A stretch of 64,000 nt of DNA. Source: the human T2T-CHM13v2.0 reference genome, Homo sapiens. The position numbers were made by a program, and so were the translations under genes. The number at the start of each line of letters is the position of its first letter. Position 1 is the stretch's first letter. Shown piece by piece: positions 39,766-52,378 of the stretch. The stretch is taken from the NCBI RefSeq assembly GCF_009914755.1, contig NC_060940.1; one strand, given 5' to 3'. The notes below the pieces were generated by a model that saw only the letters and a program-made list of their open reading frames with translations, searched no databases and was not told the origin of the DNA.

Positions 39766-42700
39766 GCATGCACATGAAATAACCTTTTTTTTTTCTTTTT
39801 TCATGAAGTGTTCTGCTTACACTGAACCTTAGGTTTTCTTTGGCATTGCAGCCAAGAAAGATAAAAGATAAATGATGCTTTAGAACAATTTTCTGGCTTT
39901 TAATGCCAGCTAAGTAAAACTATACCCCTATATTAAAGAGTTATAGGTTTTCTTTAAAAAACTTTTATAAAATAAGGTATATCCACTTCAAAAAATAATG
40001 TGCCTTTTGTTCAAAGGCTAGTTTTTAAAGAAAACAGTTTGCATAAAATGTTAGTACACTGCTAACGTTAGAATGTACTAAGAATTTTAGTACTTAGAAA
40101 AACAGGAATTTGTTCTATCAGAAAAAAATAGCAGTGACAATAATTTGCTTCTCTCAACCTCTGGAAACTTACCTAATTTCTCAGAAGTGTATTTGTGCTG
40201 AAATTTTTATTTCTGGTGACAGTCAAGATTTTGTTCATGCTTAATAAAATCCAAAAGGGAGAACATAAGAAAAATAAATTACTTGACCATAAAGTGAGTA
40301 TATCTTTAAATTCCAGGGGAAAAAATGAGATATTTCAAAAGATAGCGTTACATAACATCAATATATTCCTCTAAACAGTTTTGACACAAGCACAAAGAAA
40401 TTTAAAGGAATGAAGGAAATCAGTGTTTTCATTGTCTAATACACACCAAGAAATTCGAACTGTGAGACTGGTAACTCCATAAATTACCACTCTATCCTGG
40501 ACATACTTTTTTCTCTTTTAAAAGAACTTATTTACATAATGAATTACAGACATAGCATGAGAAAGATTATGAAAAGCTAAATATTAAAAAAGGACTAAAA
40601 AGCATGTTAATGAATGCAAGTGTGTGATATGTCCATATATGTATATATGTTTATGTATTTCTATCACTTTGTTTAATAATTAAAGTGAATATCAGTCAAA
40701 CACTTGGCTCAGAAACATGGGCAAAAATAAGATCTCTGAAATTGTCTTCCGGTAAATAAGGAGTAAAAACACTGAAGAAAGGATTAGAATTGACGAACCC
40801 ACTAGATTTGCTTAACATTTTCTTCTTTTAGTTTGTTTTTAAGGTGGGGGAATGTTATTCTGCATTGTGCACATTAAATAAGGTTAACTGTGTGCAACAC
40901 AGGAAAGATTAAACAAATCTGTTAAAAAATACCAACCCAAAATATAAGAGGTACAAAGAAAAAGTAGCACATATCTTAATGTTTCCAGAGTGGGGCAATG
41001 TTTAGAAATAAAATATTCTTGAAACATGTCTCTTCAGGTACTTGTATTATCTAAATCCCTTGAATGGTGTCTAAATAGAACTTAGCAAATCCAAGACAAA
41101 AACAGAGAAATGGGTATAACAAGGCCACATACTTAGAGTAAAAAAAAAAAAACAACTCTAGGTTCTATATCTACCCCTGACTCATCATTGACCTTGAAAA
41201 AGTCAGTGTTCTCCACTGCTCCTCTATCAAGCAGGAGCAATAACTCTTGCCAGAAACCACATAGGAGTGTTGATAATGGGAGGATTGGTGTGATAATGCA
41301 CAGAGCTTATAGAAATTTTACTGTGCTGTGTACACTTTTGGGAAAGATCATGTGTTTTTTTGCTACCCCACAAAAGCTTAAAGAAGATAATGGATGTATA
41401 AAACATTATGTTAAATTCTGCTTAACATCTTCATTTTCATTTATCTTGATAGTTTCTTCAATCTACTGTTTTTTATAACCTCTTATGTGTTAATATTTTT
41501 ATGTCTGGGAATTTCTAATTCCCTTTCTATCTCATTCTTTCTCTTTATTTGCTTTCTTTTCAGTTTTCTATTTCTAAAAAAACAAGAATTTATTCTTGTC
41601 TTGAATTTCTCCCTTCCCTCATTCTATATATATGCACAAATACTATTTTTTCTTCTACTACTTATCTCTGTTGTTCAAGTATAATAAAAGCAATCATAAC
41701 AATGATACTAACACTTAATATATTTGAAAGTGCTTTGTAAACAAACGCTAATCTTATTTCAGGTATTTATTCAAGTTACTCTTAATCAGAAAAATTGTTG
41801 ATAGTTTATATATCTTATTTATGACGCCCTCAAAAGGTAAAATTTTAATAGTAGTAACATTTTCAATAGTAGTAAAATTTTCATCGTGTCACTATGGAAG
41901 AAGAAATAACTACTGGATGTAATAAACCAACAATAAACTTTATTATAGTTTTCAATAGATTTCTTAGTAAATAAAAATAGAAAAAACTATTTTCTAAATT
42001 TCTTTATCTCAATTTATAGAATAAGATATATTTTATATAACCACAGGGGAGAAAAATAGAAATGTTTCACATTTCTATTTTGAACTCTATTGCTTTTCAG
42101 TGGATAACAGTGGAAATCACTTAATATATATGAAATATGGAAACGACTACCTCTCATTGTGCTCTTGGAATGATTAATTGTGCTTTTACATTAGAACAAA
42201 AGCTGTGTGAACATATGGTATTATTACTTTAATACAGGTAATTCATTGTAGTATGAAACAGCTATATATAGACCAAATAATAATCACTTCCATTACACAG
42301 GATAAAATAAAACTGCCACTGAAAAAAATGGAGAAATGCCTCTTTCTGCCTTTAATTAGTTTTTAATAAATGATACATAGTAAATGGCAACATTCTAACT
42401 TATCACAATTTAGGCACAGTCCTTTAATGGGAGGTTAAGGGGGGTATGGAAGTGTATGAACTCTGGTATCTGTTTGCATTGCCTGGGAAACCTTCTCTGT
42501 TAAAGGGCATTCATTGTTTTCAACATCTGAAAAGACGCAAGCTCTCATAAAGTCCTTTCAGGTATGCGTGACAAATGGGAAGTAGTCCTTCTATAGCACA
42601 AAGTTCCAACTACAGATAAATAGTCTATCTGTTCTTGGTTCACATCTCTATGAACATCCATTTCATTTACTGTTGGCTTTAAATCACACACTCTTCTAGG

Positions 42701-44039
42701 GAGATTAATACCTAGAGTATGACACAGCCCTTTTTACTTCATAAATGTGAGAAATACACTTAGATTAATTGTTTTGATTTTTTTTTCAAAGCTGCTTTTT
42801 GGTTCCCTGACATTAAATTCTATAAACCAGTCCTCCATATATATTTTTTCATGGTATATTTCAATAGACTAGAAGACCTTCTGGTGTTTAAGTTTGTTTC
42901 TAAGGATCCAGATGGGATTTATTTTTCATATATGGTTTCTGCTTACATGCAACATTGTATTTTAATGTTTTTTAGTCTTCAACTAGAAAGGATAAAGGGA
43001 TAAATGATCACCACGAACCGTTAATAAGTATCTAACCGTGGTATTCTACTTACTGTAGGGGGAATATTTATGCTCTTCTTGCTGTCATCTAGACCTACCT
43101 GAGAAGTAAAGCAAGTGAGAAGGCAGACTTTATCACTTGATACAACTGTCAAAATGGTGTCAAATGTTCACTGAATGCACTCCTCCCTCCATGCTTGCAT
43201 TAGCCCTTTCCGTTGCTGTAACATCATACTGCCTGCATGCATGCACTTCTGCATGTAAAGACAGGAACTTTTATGCCTAGCATTGTCTTGGAATAAAAGA
43301 GCCTGGAAGGAAAACCATTGTTTCCTTTTAAAGGGGATAGAAAAAACATACTTGGGCTACAAAAAACTATTTCCATATGCCCACAGCTAACTTACTGTAA
43401 AGAAAATCTTGGGTAGATTTTCTATGGAGAAATCTTTTTTCCTTCCATTGGATTACCCCATGAGTGTCCCTGTCCTCCAACAGTATGGTTTTCCTATCTG
43501 AAAATGTTGAGTAAATTTCTGCTATGACTAGTAGATTCAGGAGATTAAATTTACTTAATCGTCAGTACAAATATACCTCTTCTTATGTGCTCTTTATGAA
43601 AATAAACACATGAACAAAAACTGAGTTGATCTTCCTAAAATGGACACATTCATACAAAGCTAAATCATCTTCTATCACATACTGAAGGCAAATGATCGCA
43701 TACTTAGAAAAACAGAGGTGTATCTTGATGTAGTGTGTATACTTAGTATTATGCCTGACACTTCTTCACACTGCTCTTCATGTGTTCACAAGCATATAAA
43801 TGTGCAACTCCATTTCTATAAAGTCAAATTCATCTAACGTTACATAGTCTGGTTGATATTTCTATATCTTTTCCTCCTTTAAATGTGACTAGCTATTTAC
43901 GCCATAACAATTCTGGTGTAGCGCTGATTTAGCATTTTTATTGGAATGTGAAAGCTCTTAAAAGAAGAAAAAAAATCTAATCAGGCAGAAGAGATAGAAA
44001 ACTTGCTGAATTTTCCTTCCCCCTTCCAAGACCCCCCTG

Positions 44040-44460
44040 AATCCTATCAAAAGCACATCTTCCATTCATTGCTTCCCGGTGTCATTATGACAAGCGGCTA
44101 CAAATCAATAGCAGAGGGAAAGGCAGGACCAACCCGCACTCACCAAGTGATAAAGATTCACTCTCAGCCCCGATTTGCTAATAGCCCATAATAGCAGCCA
44201 TTGGCGCCCCGCATTAAATAATACATTTCACTCCGCGTTTATTATGGGATTTTTAAAACTCCTCACCAAATTGGATTTTCTCGATGGTCTCTAATTTCCA
44301 CATTTATCATTTAAAATTAAACTGCTCTGTGGAAAGGGGGGATAGAGAAGAAGAAGGTAGAGAGAGGCCAGACAGTACTGTATTTTTCCTTTTGACTCCC
44401 CCCTTTATGAAAACCCATAAATAATATCAGGTATCACAGCTATAAGCAGCAGGATTTTTT
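44040..44460. promoter_or_regulatory. Candidate highly/ultra-conserved non-coding element
   Basis: About nine CpGs in 44075-44285 within very AT-rich unique DNA, with many TAAT/ATTA, GATAA and AATCAAT motifs. No repeat similarity recognised. Confidence 0.6.
44144..44326 (-). other. Candidate non-coding/poison exon (183 nt) overlapping the conserved-looking element
   Basis: Acceptor ccttcttcttctctatcccccctttccacag|A and donor TTG|gtgagt. Stops in all three frames within the first 36 nt. Confidence 0.4.
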
Positions 44461-45564
44461 AAATATTAAAATTTCTAGAAATCAGGATGGAATAGTCTGT
44501 ATGTGCTGGTCTGTGAATGAAGATGACAATTCAACAGGACAAAATATATATCCATAAATGAAGTTTTAAGCAAAATAAATTTGGTTTAAAAATGCTCAGT
44601 AATGTTGCAATGAGGGTGAATGATAAGACCGATGGAAAATATGTGAATGTTACAATATGCAAATACTCCAAGGAGCTATAAAGAGAGTTCAGCCAGTAAG
44701 GTATTCTAGCTTTAAAAAATAATATTTTTCTTATTCCAAAGCTCAGTGACAAACAGATGAAAAGTAAAAATTCTCTTATTGTCTTCTCATTACATAATAG
44801 CTTACTTTACTCTCTATACTTTCTTGGTTTAAAAATTAATTGTAAAATTTCATAGAGTCCTATAGCCACAGGACTCACTTCTTGGCAGCTATGGCAAATC
44901 CCAAATAAGTTCTTAAATCTCCCATAGATGCCACCGAAACAGCGGAATCAACCCATGGAAACATAAATCACTTCAAGTTTAAGTATATATCCTTTTAGAT
45001 AATTTTTTTTGTCCTTTGGGTATAAAAATTAAAATTAAATTTCAGTTCTATAGCATAATACGAAAAGGCTATATTTTCTCAAGGCTGCACAGTTGAGACT
45101 CACTATGGCTAACTTATAACTACAGCACTGGCAGGATCCAAAGACATCAGAAGAAAACTAATCAGTACATATGTAGAGATGCTTGAAAAGGCTAAAGGTT
45201 TAGTGAAATGTCAAATGATCCTCTGATTTCTTCCTTTTGGGAACTTCCTCAGCAATATAGTCTTACCTATATCATTTCCCTTAAGAAACAGAAATGATCT
45301 TTCAAATCAGAGAGTTTAAAGGAGTTGAAAAGCTCAGCCATTTTATAACAATATTTCATTTAATCTTCATTCTTTTGTTTTGGAATTTTGTTATTGACCT
45401 AATTATTTTTAAACGTTTCAATGATCCTTTAAAAAAAATCTGCCATTAGTTGCTGTGCCTTTTCTGTCTTTTTTTTTTTTTTCAGGTAGAAAAGTACTGT
45501 TGTACATATACCTATTCTTTCCTCTCCTACTCCATATAACTAATAGCCTCCCATTTTAATGAAG

Positions 45565-45914
45565 TCTTTATTCAAGTAACATACATATTGAAAAGTGCAC
45601 AAATAAAAAATGTATGCTATGAATTCTCACTAGCTGCACACACTTGTGTAACCAGCATTGAGACCAAGCAGCAGAATGTTTTATTAGTTACCCAGAAGCT
45701 CCCCTTTGCTCCTTTTTAGTCACTACCAACTCCCTCAAGGGTAGTCTCTGTCTTGCTTCTAGCATCTCAGATAATTCTGCCTACTTCTGAACTTTGTATA
45801 AATAGAATGCTCTAGTATGTACTCTTTTGTGTCTAGCTTCTTTCACTTAAAATTATATGACATGAATTCACAGTGATGTATGTAGTTATAGTTTGTCCAT
45901 TCTCATTGCTGTAG
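45565..45914 (-). mobile_element. L1ME-type 3' end
   Basis: gaaaagtgcacaaat...cacttgtgtaaccagca...agtatgtactcttttgtgtctagcttctttcact. Confidence 0.8.
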
Positions 45915-45917
45915 AGC

Positions 45918-46056
45918 AGGGACTGACAAACTAAGATCAGATCTGGCCCACTGCCTGTTTTTGTATGGCCTGTGAGCCAAAGATTTTTATATTTTAAAAA
46001 AATATATAAAAATCAAAAGAAAGACATTTCATTACATGTGAAAATTATATGAAACT
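45918..46056. mobile_element. MER58B-like hAT-Charlie fragment
   Basis: cagggactgacaaacta...atctggcccactgcctgtttttgtatggcctgtgagc...catgtgaaaattatatgaaa. Confidence 0.8.
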
Positions 46057-47764
46057 CTGGGTACATAATAGGTGCTCAGTAAATATCGGCTTTATATAGG
46101 TAATCTAAAGAGTTAATTTTAAATATATTCAAGAAGCAGCTTTACTTTGTTTTCATATCAAAAGTCCTTTTCAATTTGCCCTATCAACATCTCCCTTCTC
46201 TTCAACCCTGAAGACTGTGGATTGTAAAACTATTTAGCTCACATTCACTCTTCTGTTCCTTGTCTACTGTGTTATGTTCTGTACCTTACTCCTGAAACAA
46301 AACAAGTCTTCTGCTCTTTAAATTTATTTCTAAAAGCTTACTTCTATTAGAAAGTCTGTATCTAAGCTAACTTCATTAGATTTAAGTAGATAAAAGCTGG
46401 AACTGAAGAAATGAAGAAAGGGGATATGTTAAAACTGATGCATTGTCAGGATTTTCCCAGTTTTCTCTTTTTGGCTAATTTAGAATTCACAGAGTAACAG
46501 CTTATATCTGTTCAATTAAAGGGTCAGTTAAAGAGCTGGCACCTCAAAAATGTTTATCAGTCTGTGTTACGTAATTAAATATGGAATCTATTCAGACAAA
46601 CGTTAAAAATCAGTCCAGGGGAAAGGAAGAATTTTAATAAATTTTGAAATACAAATCCTAAACAGTTCTTTTTGAGGATGTGATACTTTATGTCATCACA
46701 AGAGACTGGAGAGATTAGAATGAACTGGTTTAAAGTCTTAAAATCTAAGCCTGGAGGCTTTCTTTAATCTGCATGCAAGACTGTTTAACACTGTTGCAAC
46801 TGCAATTAAGTACTAGACTGTTTTTGTTTATTTCTTTACAAAACTGCTTTGTTAGTTTGTAAAATATTCAGACACAGTCAAGGTTATGGGTTCTCTCAGG
46901 ATGTCTATGTAAAAGGAGTTACAATGGGATAGGGAAGCTTTAATTATGGCTGGGTCCTTGCTCTCTGAGTGCCAGCTTTAGACAATCACTCTTTCTGTGG
47001 ACTCTACGTAGTGGCTTTTTTTTCTTTTAGCTGTTTAAGAATCTGAAGCATCCTGTGGTTTATTGACTATTGTAACCACATACTCTGCCACTAATGTTCA
47101 TCACTCCTGTTTCTCCTGACTGCTGCCTCTTGAGGAGAATGAAAGGTGGAAAATGTGACACAGTAGTCTCAAATTGTATGACTCAGTTTAAATACCGAAC
47201 AAGAAAAAAAGTGTCTTAAACCACCACTAGAAACATTTTCCTTTCAAATGGAACTGATCTTTAAAACCCAGTTCAATCCAGCAAACAGGCAAATAATTGC
47301 TAATGTAGACACTTTCAGAAAGTATTGTGGTATACCAGAGGATCAGTTTTCTATAGGATGATGAAAACACTTCTAGTTCTTTGTGATACTTGCTGATCTT
47401 ATTCAAATTTAATTTTATCCAGCTTCAGTCAATTCTTACCCAGACTAAATAATGCCACTTAGATTTTAATCTTTTCTTACTCTTTAAGTTTGCCTTTTAA
47501 TGAACTATTTTTAGAAATGTTCTTCCTTCAATGCAATATTCTCTTCACACATCTTTTACAAGCAATTTTTTTCCCTTAAATCAAAAATCTACCATGAGTT
47601 CTATCCCCTACCCCTAAAACTACTTATGGAATTTATTTCTATTACAATTTTATTCTTTCCATTACTTCATCGGTTTCATATACTTGGTGGATTTTAACAT
47701 TTTAAAGGTATACACACTCACACCCACACCCATGCATTCTTCACAATACCACCCTGAAGTAGAA

Positions 47765-48003
47765 GAGACAGTATGGCATTTTCATTAATTAAAAGTGGAA
47801 ACAATGAAGTCCGACTGCCTGGGTTTGAATTCAAGCTATGAGGCCTTAGGCTATTTACTTAACCTCTTTGTTTTACTTTCCTCATTAGTAAAATAAGAGA
47901 TAATTATAGTCCTAGTTCATAGTGTTGTGGTAAGAAATGAATACTTGAAAAACATAGTGTAGTTAATATTAGCATAAAAAATTAACTATTACTATTATTA
48001 TTT
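47765..48003 (+). mobile_element. MIR SINE
   Basis: gactgcctgggtttgaattc...ttacttaacctctttg...tttcctcattagtaaaat. Confidence 0.8.
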
Positions 48004-48049
48004 TATAAATTTCCCCAGATTATAAAGGTAGAATGGCGAGTAGGTATCT

Positions 48050-48460
48050 TCTCTTCTCTATAGCCAAAGGGATCTTTTTAAAACAGAAGTCAGGTCAGGT
48101 CCATCCTCGATCAAAATGCTTCAATGGCTTTCTGCCTCATTCAAAATCAAAGCCAATACTAGGCCCTACTTGATCCAAACTCCCTCATCCCCAACCTTCT
48201 GCTCATTTCCTGCTATTCATCTTCTCTCTCACTCTATTCCAGCCTTCATTCACCTCCGTGTTGTTCCTGGAATGTGTCAAATATGCTGTCACTTTCAGGC
48301 CCTTATAAGTACTGCTCCCTCTAGCTGAAACATTCTTTTCCCAGAGTCAAAAACTTTTCCTGACCACTCATTATAAAAGAGCAATCACCCTAACCCCTGG
48401 CACCCTATACCCCCTTTACCTGATTTATTCGCCTCTATAGTACTTATTACCACCCAACAT
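48050..48460 (+). mobile_element. L2a LINE fragment
   Basis: agccaaagggatcttttaaaacagaagtcag...cttcaatggctt...ctctatagtacttattaccacc. Confidence 0.8.
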
Positions 48461-48778
48461 AAATAACATAAATTTACCTTTTGGTGATAACAGAATATAT
48501 AGGGCTTAACTAAATATAACGATTGCTAATTGAAAATTTCTCCTATTACTTTATTGTGCTGGCTTAGAAAACAGTGACGTACATTAGCAAAGCCTTTCAA
48601 TTTTTAAGATTAATCAGGCAGAATCTTCATAGTCAGATGAATCTATGTAATACATTACATTAAATGGGTTAGATCCTTTCTCACAGAAATTAACAAATAA
48701 TTTTGAAGTGTGTTTAAGGCTTATATATTATCATATTAGTAGCTCCTTCAAAAGACAACAAACACTTGACACACATAC

Positions 48779-48827
48779 CTGTTCTAGTAGTGAACTTCAA
48801 CAAAGAGAGTTTTCTCTGTGAGGAAGG
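48779..48827 (-). other. Candidate 49-nt exon of a minus-strand transcript
   Basis: Acceptor ttttcttttcccttttatctctag|C and donor CAG|gtatgt, both near consensus. Confidence 0.35.
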
Positions 48828-49364
48828 CTAGAGATAAAAGGGAAAAGAAAACCGGCTTCTACAGGAGGATCCTGAAAATGTTACCTCCCACTTTTTGAAA
48901 AAACCCTCTTTGAGGATTTTTATAGGCATAGAGACTTGGTTTAAGTCTGTCGTGTGTGTGCCCTTTGACTTAGAAAAGGGATCAATTGAAATAAAGATAT
49001 GTGTCCTGATTCTCATCGACAGATGAAAGAGCAAAACATTAGGCTAGTATCACATCTAGGGAAGAGAGAAGAGAGAAATATTAGAACACAGGTAAAGAGA
49101 AATAAACAACAAGAGAAGAAATAGTTGTCCTGTGAGGCTTAGCCTGTGGGCTTCTATATACCTAGTACCTGAAATATAGAGGTATAAATCAAACACTTAT
49201 TAGCTAGCCCCACAGGAACAAACTGATTAAGTTTACTTACACTGCCTATTCTTTCCTTCGTTGTGATCTTTGAGAAATTTTACTACCCCTCTTTCTTTTG
49301 GGATTTTTATTGTTAAAAGAAGCTGTATGTATGGTTTCTGGGTCCATTAGCAAAATATTTTTGT

Positions 49365-50375
49365 TTTTATTTTTATTTTTTTAATTATCACATATTTCAA
49401 GCATACAAAGAAGTAAAAAGAATAATGCCACTAACACCTATATAGCCATCTAGCTTTGTCAAATTTAACATTTCTATGTTTGCTTAATTTTTTAAAAAAG
49501 AACATTACAGTTGCAGTTTAAGCATTATGGAAATCCTTAGTTTAAGCATTATGGAAATGAGGGACCTCATTTCCCCAGCTTCCTCCCTCTCAGGATGTAA
49601 ACTGTACCCTGAATTTAACGTTCATTATTCCCATGAATGCTTTCCACATTTTAGAAGTTTATATTAATGCTAGCATACTGCAAACACTCTGCAATAATAT
49701 TTTCATGCTCAACATTATGTTTTAGAGTTTTATTCCTAATGATACATGTAGTTCTAGTTCATTTATCTTAATTGTTATATGTATTCCACTGAATGAAAAT
49801 TCCCAAATAGATTCATCCCTTCTCTGATGGACGGACAATTAGGCTTTCCGGATTTTTCATGATTATTAACAAAGCAGCAATGAACATTAATCTTAACTTT
49901 TAGTGTGGATATACAAGAGAGTTTCATGAAGACATATAAAAGTATGTTCAACTTTTCTCGATATTATCAAACTGTTCTTCCCAGTAACTGTACCTGTATA
50001 TACTATCACCTGTAGTTTTTGAGTTTTTTCCCCACATTTGTGCTTACAAATATTTTCAATTCTAATTTATTTTTTGTTAATCTGATGAGTACGAAATAGT
50101 ATCTATAATAGGCATTTATCATTCTTTTAGGCTGCACAGTACTTGAATCTCATTGCAATGATTAGAACTAATTTGTGGGGAACCATCATCTTTATAATTT
50201 ATAAACATAGTTTCTCTGACCATATATTCAGATTTTTCAATTTTCAGTAAGGTTTATCATGTATTCTTTAAAAATTTTGTACCTTATATAGATATATTCC
50301 TTTATATTTAATGTCTTTTATTGTTATAAATGGCATTTTTCAAATTATATATATTTTTTGGTTTTGGTGGTAGTA
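49365..50375 (-). mobile_element. Old L1 (L1ME/L1MC-type) 3' region
   Basis: T-rich start, tatttcaagcatacaaagaagta, gctcaacattatgttttagag, acaaagcagcaatgaacatt. Confidence 0.75.
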
Positions 50376-50833
50376 CACAGCATACAATAAACTTACAGTA
50401 CTAACTACATACATCAGAAAAAGAGAAAAAGTTTCAAATCAATAATCTAAGCTGTACCTTAAGAATCTAGAAAGAGAAGAGCAAAATAAACCCAAAACAA
50501 GCAGAAGGAAGGAAATAATAAAAGAGCAGAACTCAATACAATTGAAAACAGGAAAACAACAGAAAAAAATGAGTGAAATGATGAACTGGTTTTTCTGAAG
50601 ATATCTAGACAGGTGAAAAAACTCCAGCAATTATCAACATCAATAATAAAACAGAACACCACTGCATACCCTAAAAAAAATAAAAAAAAAAAACAAAGAG
50701 CTACAGATACCTCTACACATATAAATTTGACAACTTAGATGAAATGGACCAATTACTCAAAAAATAGTTGATCATAACTCACCAATATGAAACAGATAAT
50801 TTGAATAGCCTACAAGTATTAAAGAAATTGATA

Positions 50834-51008
50834 GCTGGGCATGGTGGTACACACCCGTAATCCCAGCTACCTGGGAGGCAGAAGTGGAAGGATCACCTGA
50901 GCCCAAAAGGCTGAGGCTGCAGTGAGGCGGGATTGGGCCACTATACTCCAGCCTGGGCAAAAGAGTGAGACCCTGTATCAGAAAAAAAAAAAAAAAACAA
51001 CAACAGCA
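50834..51008 (+). mobile_element. FRAM / Alu right monomer
   Basis: Single right-arm monomer with A tail. TSD aaagaaattgata / aaagaatttata. Confidence 0.88.
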
Positions 51009-51355
51009 AAGAATTTATAATTTTAAAATTACCAAAGAAAAATCTCCGGGTCCAGAATATTTCACTGAAGAATTCTACCAAACGTTCAGGGAACACTTAA
51101 CACCAATTCTACATAATCTATTTCAGAAAGCAGAAGAGGAGGGAGCATTTCCCAGTTCATTTTATGAAGCGAGGATTGCACTGATGCTAAAACCAGACAA
51201 AAACAGGGAAAAAAAAAATTTAAAGAAAGCAGGATAAAAAGAAAACTACAGACCAATATCCCTTTTTACATGGATGCAAAAAAAATCAATTCAGCAGTAT
51301 GGAAAAAGAATTATACATCATGACCAAGTTGGGTTTATAACAACACTTGTTCAAT

Positions 51356-51513
51356 TTTTTTTTTTTTTTTTTTTTGAGAAAAGTCTTGCCCTTTTGCTTA
51401 GCTGCAGAGCAGTGGCACGATCTTGGCTCACTCGAACTCCTGACCTCAGGTGATCCACCCACCTCGGCCTCCCAAAGTGCTGGGATTACAGTCACGAGCC
51501 ACTGTGCCCGGCC
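51356..51513 (-). mobile_element. Internally deleted AluS
   Basis: Right-arm end fused to left arm at ggctcact|cgaactcc. Perfect TSD cacttgttcaat (51344-51355, 51514-51525). Confidence 0.9.
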
Positions 51514-52082
51514 CACTTGTTCAATATTTTAAAAATCAATTTATACGTACCTCTATATTAACAGGCTAAATCCCATGATCATATCAATTGATGCAAATAA
51601 AGGACTGACAAATCCAATAGCCATTTATGATAAAATGCTCAGAATAACAGAAATAGAGGGGAATTTCCTTAACTTGATAAAGAACATCTGTAAAAAAACC
51701 CTACAGCTAATATTATACTTAATGATCATAGACTGTATGTTTTTCCTCTAAGATTGGGGAACAAGGGCAAAGATATCTGCTTTCATTGCCCTTATTTAAC
51801 AGTGCTGGAAGTTCTAGCCAATGGGATAAGTCAAGAGAAAGAAATAAAAGGCATACACATTGGAAAGGAAGAAGTAAAACTATCCTTATTTGCAGATGAC
51901 ATGATTATCTAGGTAGAAAATCTGAAAGAATCTACAAAAAACTCACAAAACTAGTCAAAGTGAGTTCAGCAGGATACAAGATAAACATACAAGAATCAAC
52001 TGTACTTCTATATACTAGTAATGACACCAAATTTTTTAAAAACACAATACCATTAACAATCCTTTAAAAAGTGAAATACTTC

Positions 52083-52378
52083 ACCAGGTGTGGCAGCTCA
52101 TGCCTGTAATTCCAGCACTTCAGGAGGCTGAGGCAGGAAAATCACTTGAAGCCAGGAGTTCAAGACCAGGGCAACAAAGCCAGACCCTGTCTCTACAAAT
52201 AAAATAAAATAAAATAAATTAGCTGGGTATGGTGGCATGTGCATGTAGTCCCAGCTACTCAGTACGCTGAGGCAGGAAGATTGCTTAATGAAGCCCAGAA
52301 GTTCAAGGCTGCAGCGAGCTACGATCAAGCCACTGCGTTCCAGCCCAGGCAACAGAGTAAGACCCTGTATCTAAAATA
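52083..52378 (+). mobile_element. AluJ
   Basis: Dimer with gttcaaggctgcagcgagctacgatc, flanked by tttaaaaagtgaaatactt repeats. Confidence 0.92.

Noticed and set aside
41842-41884. Short AT-rich tandem repeat (aatagtagtaa twice)
   Set aside because: Ordinary slippage duplication with two units, not an array.
42070-42570. Plus-strand acceptor (ttgcttttcag) and donors (cag|gtaatt, cag|gtatgc)
   Set aside because: No consistent open frame or convincing pairing.
48828-48885. Minus-strand donor GAG|gtaaca just upstream of the 49-nt candidate exon
   Set aside because: It would need a 57-nt intron, below the usual human minimum.
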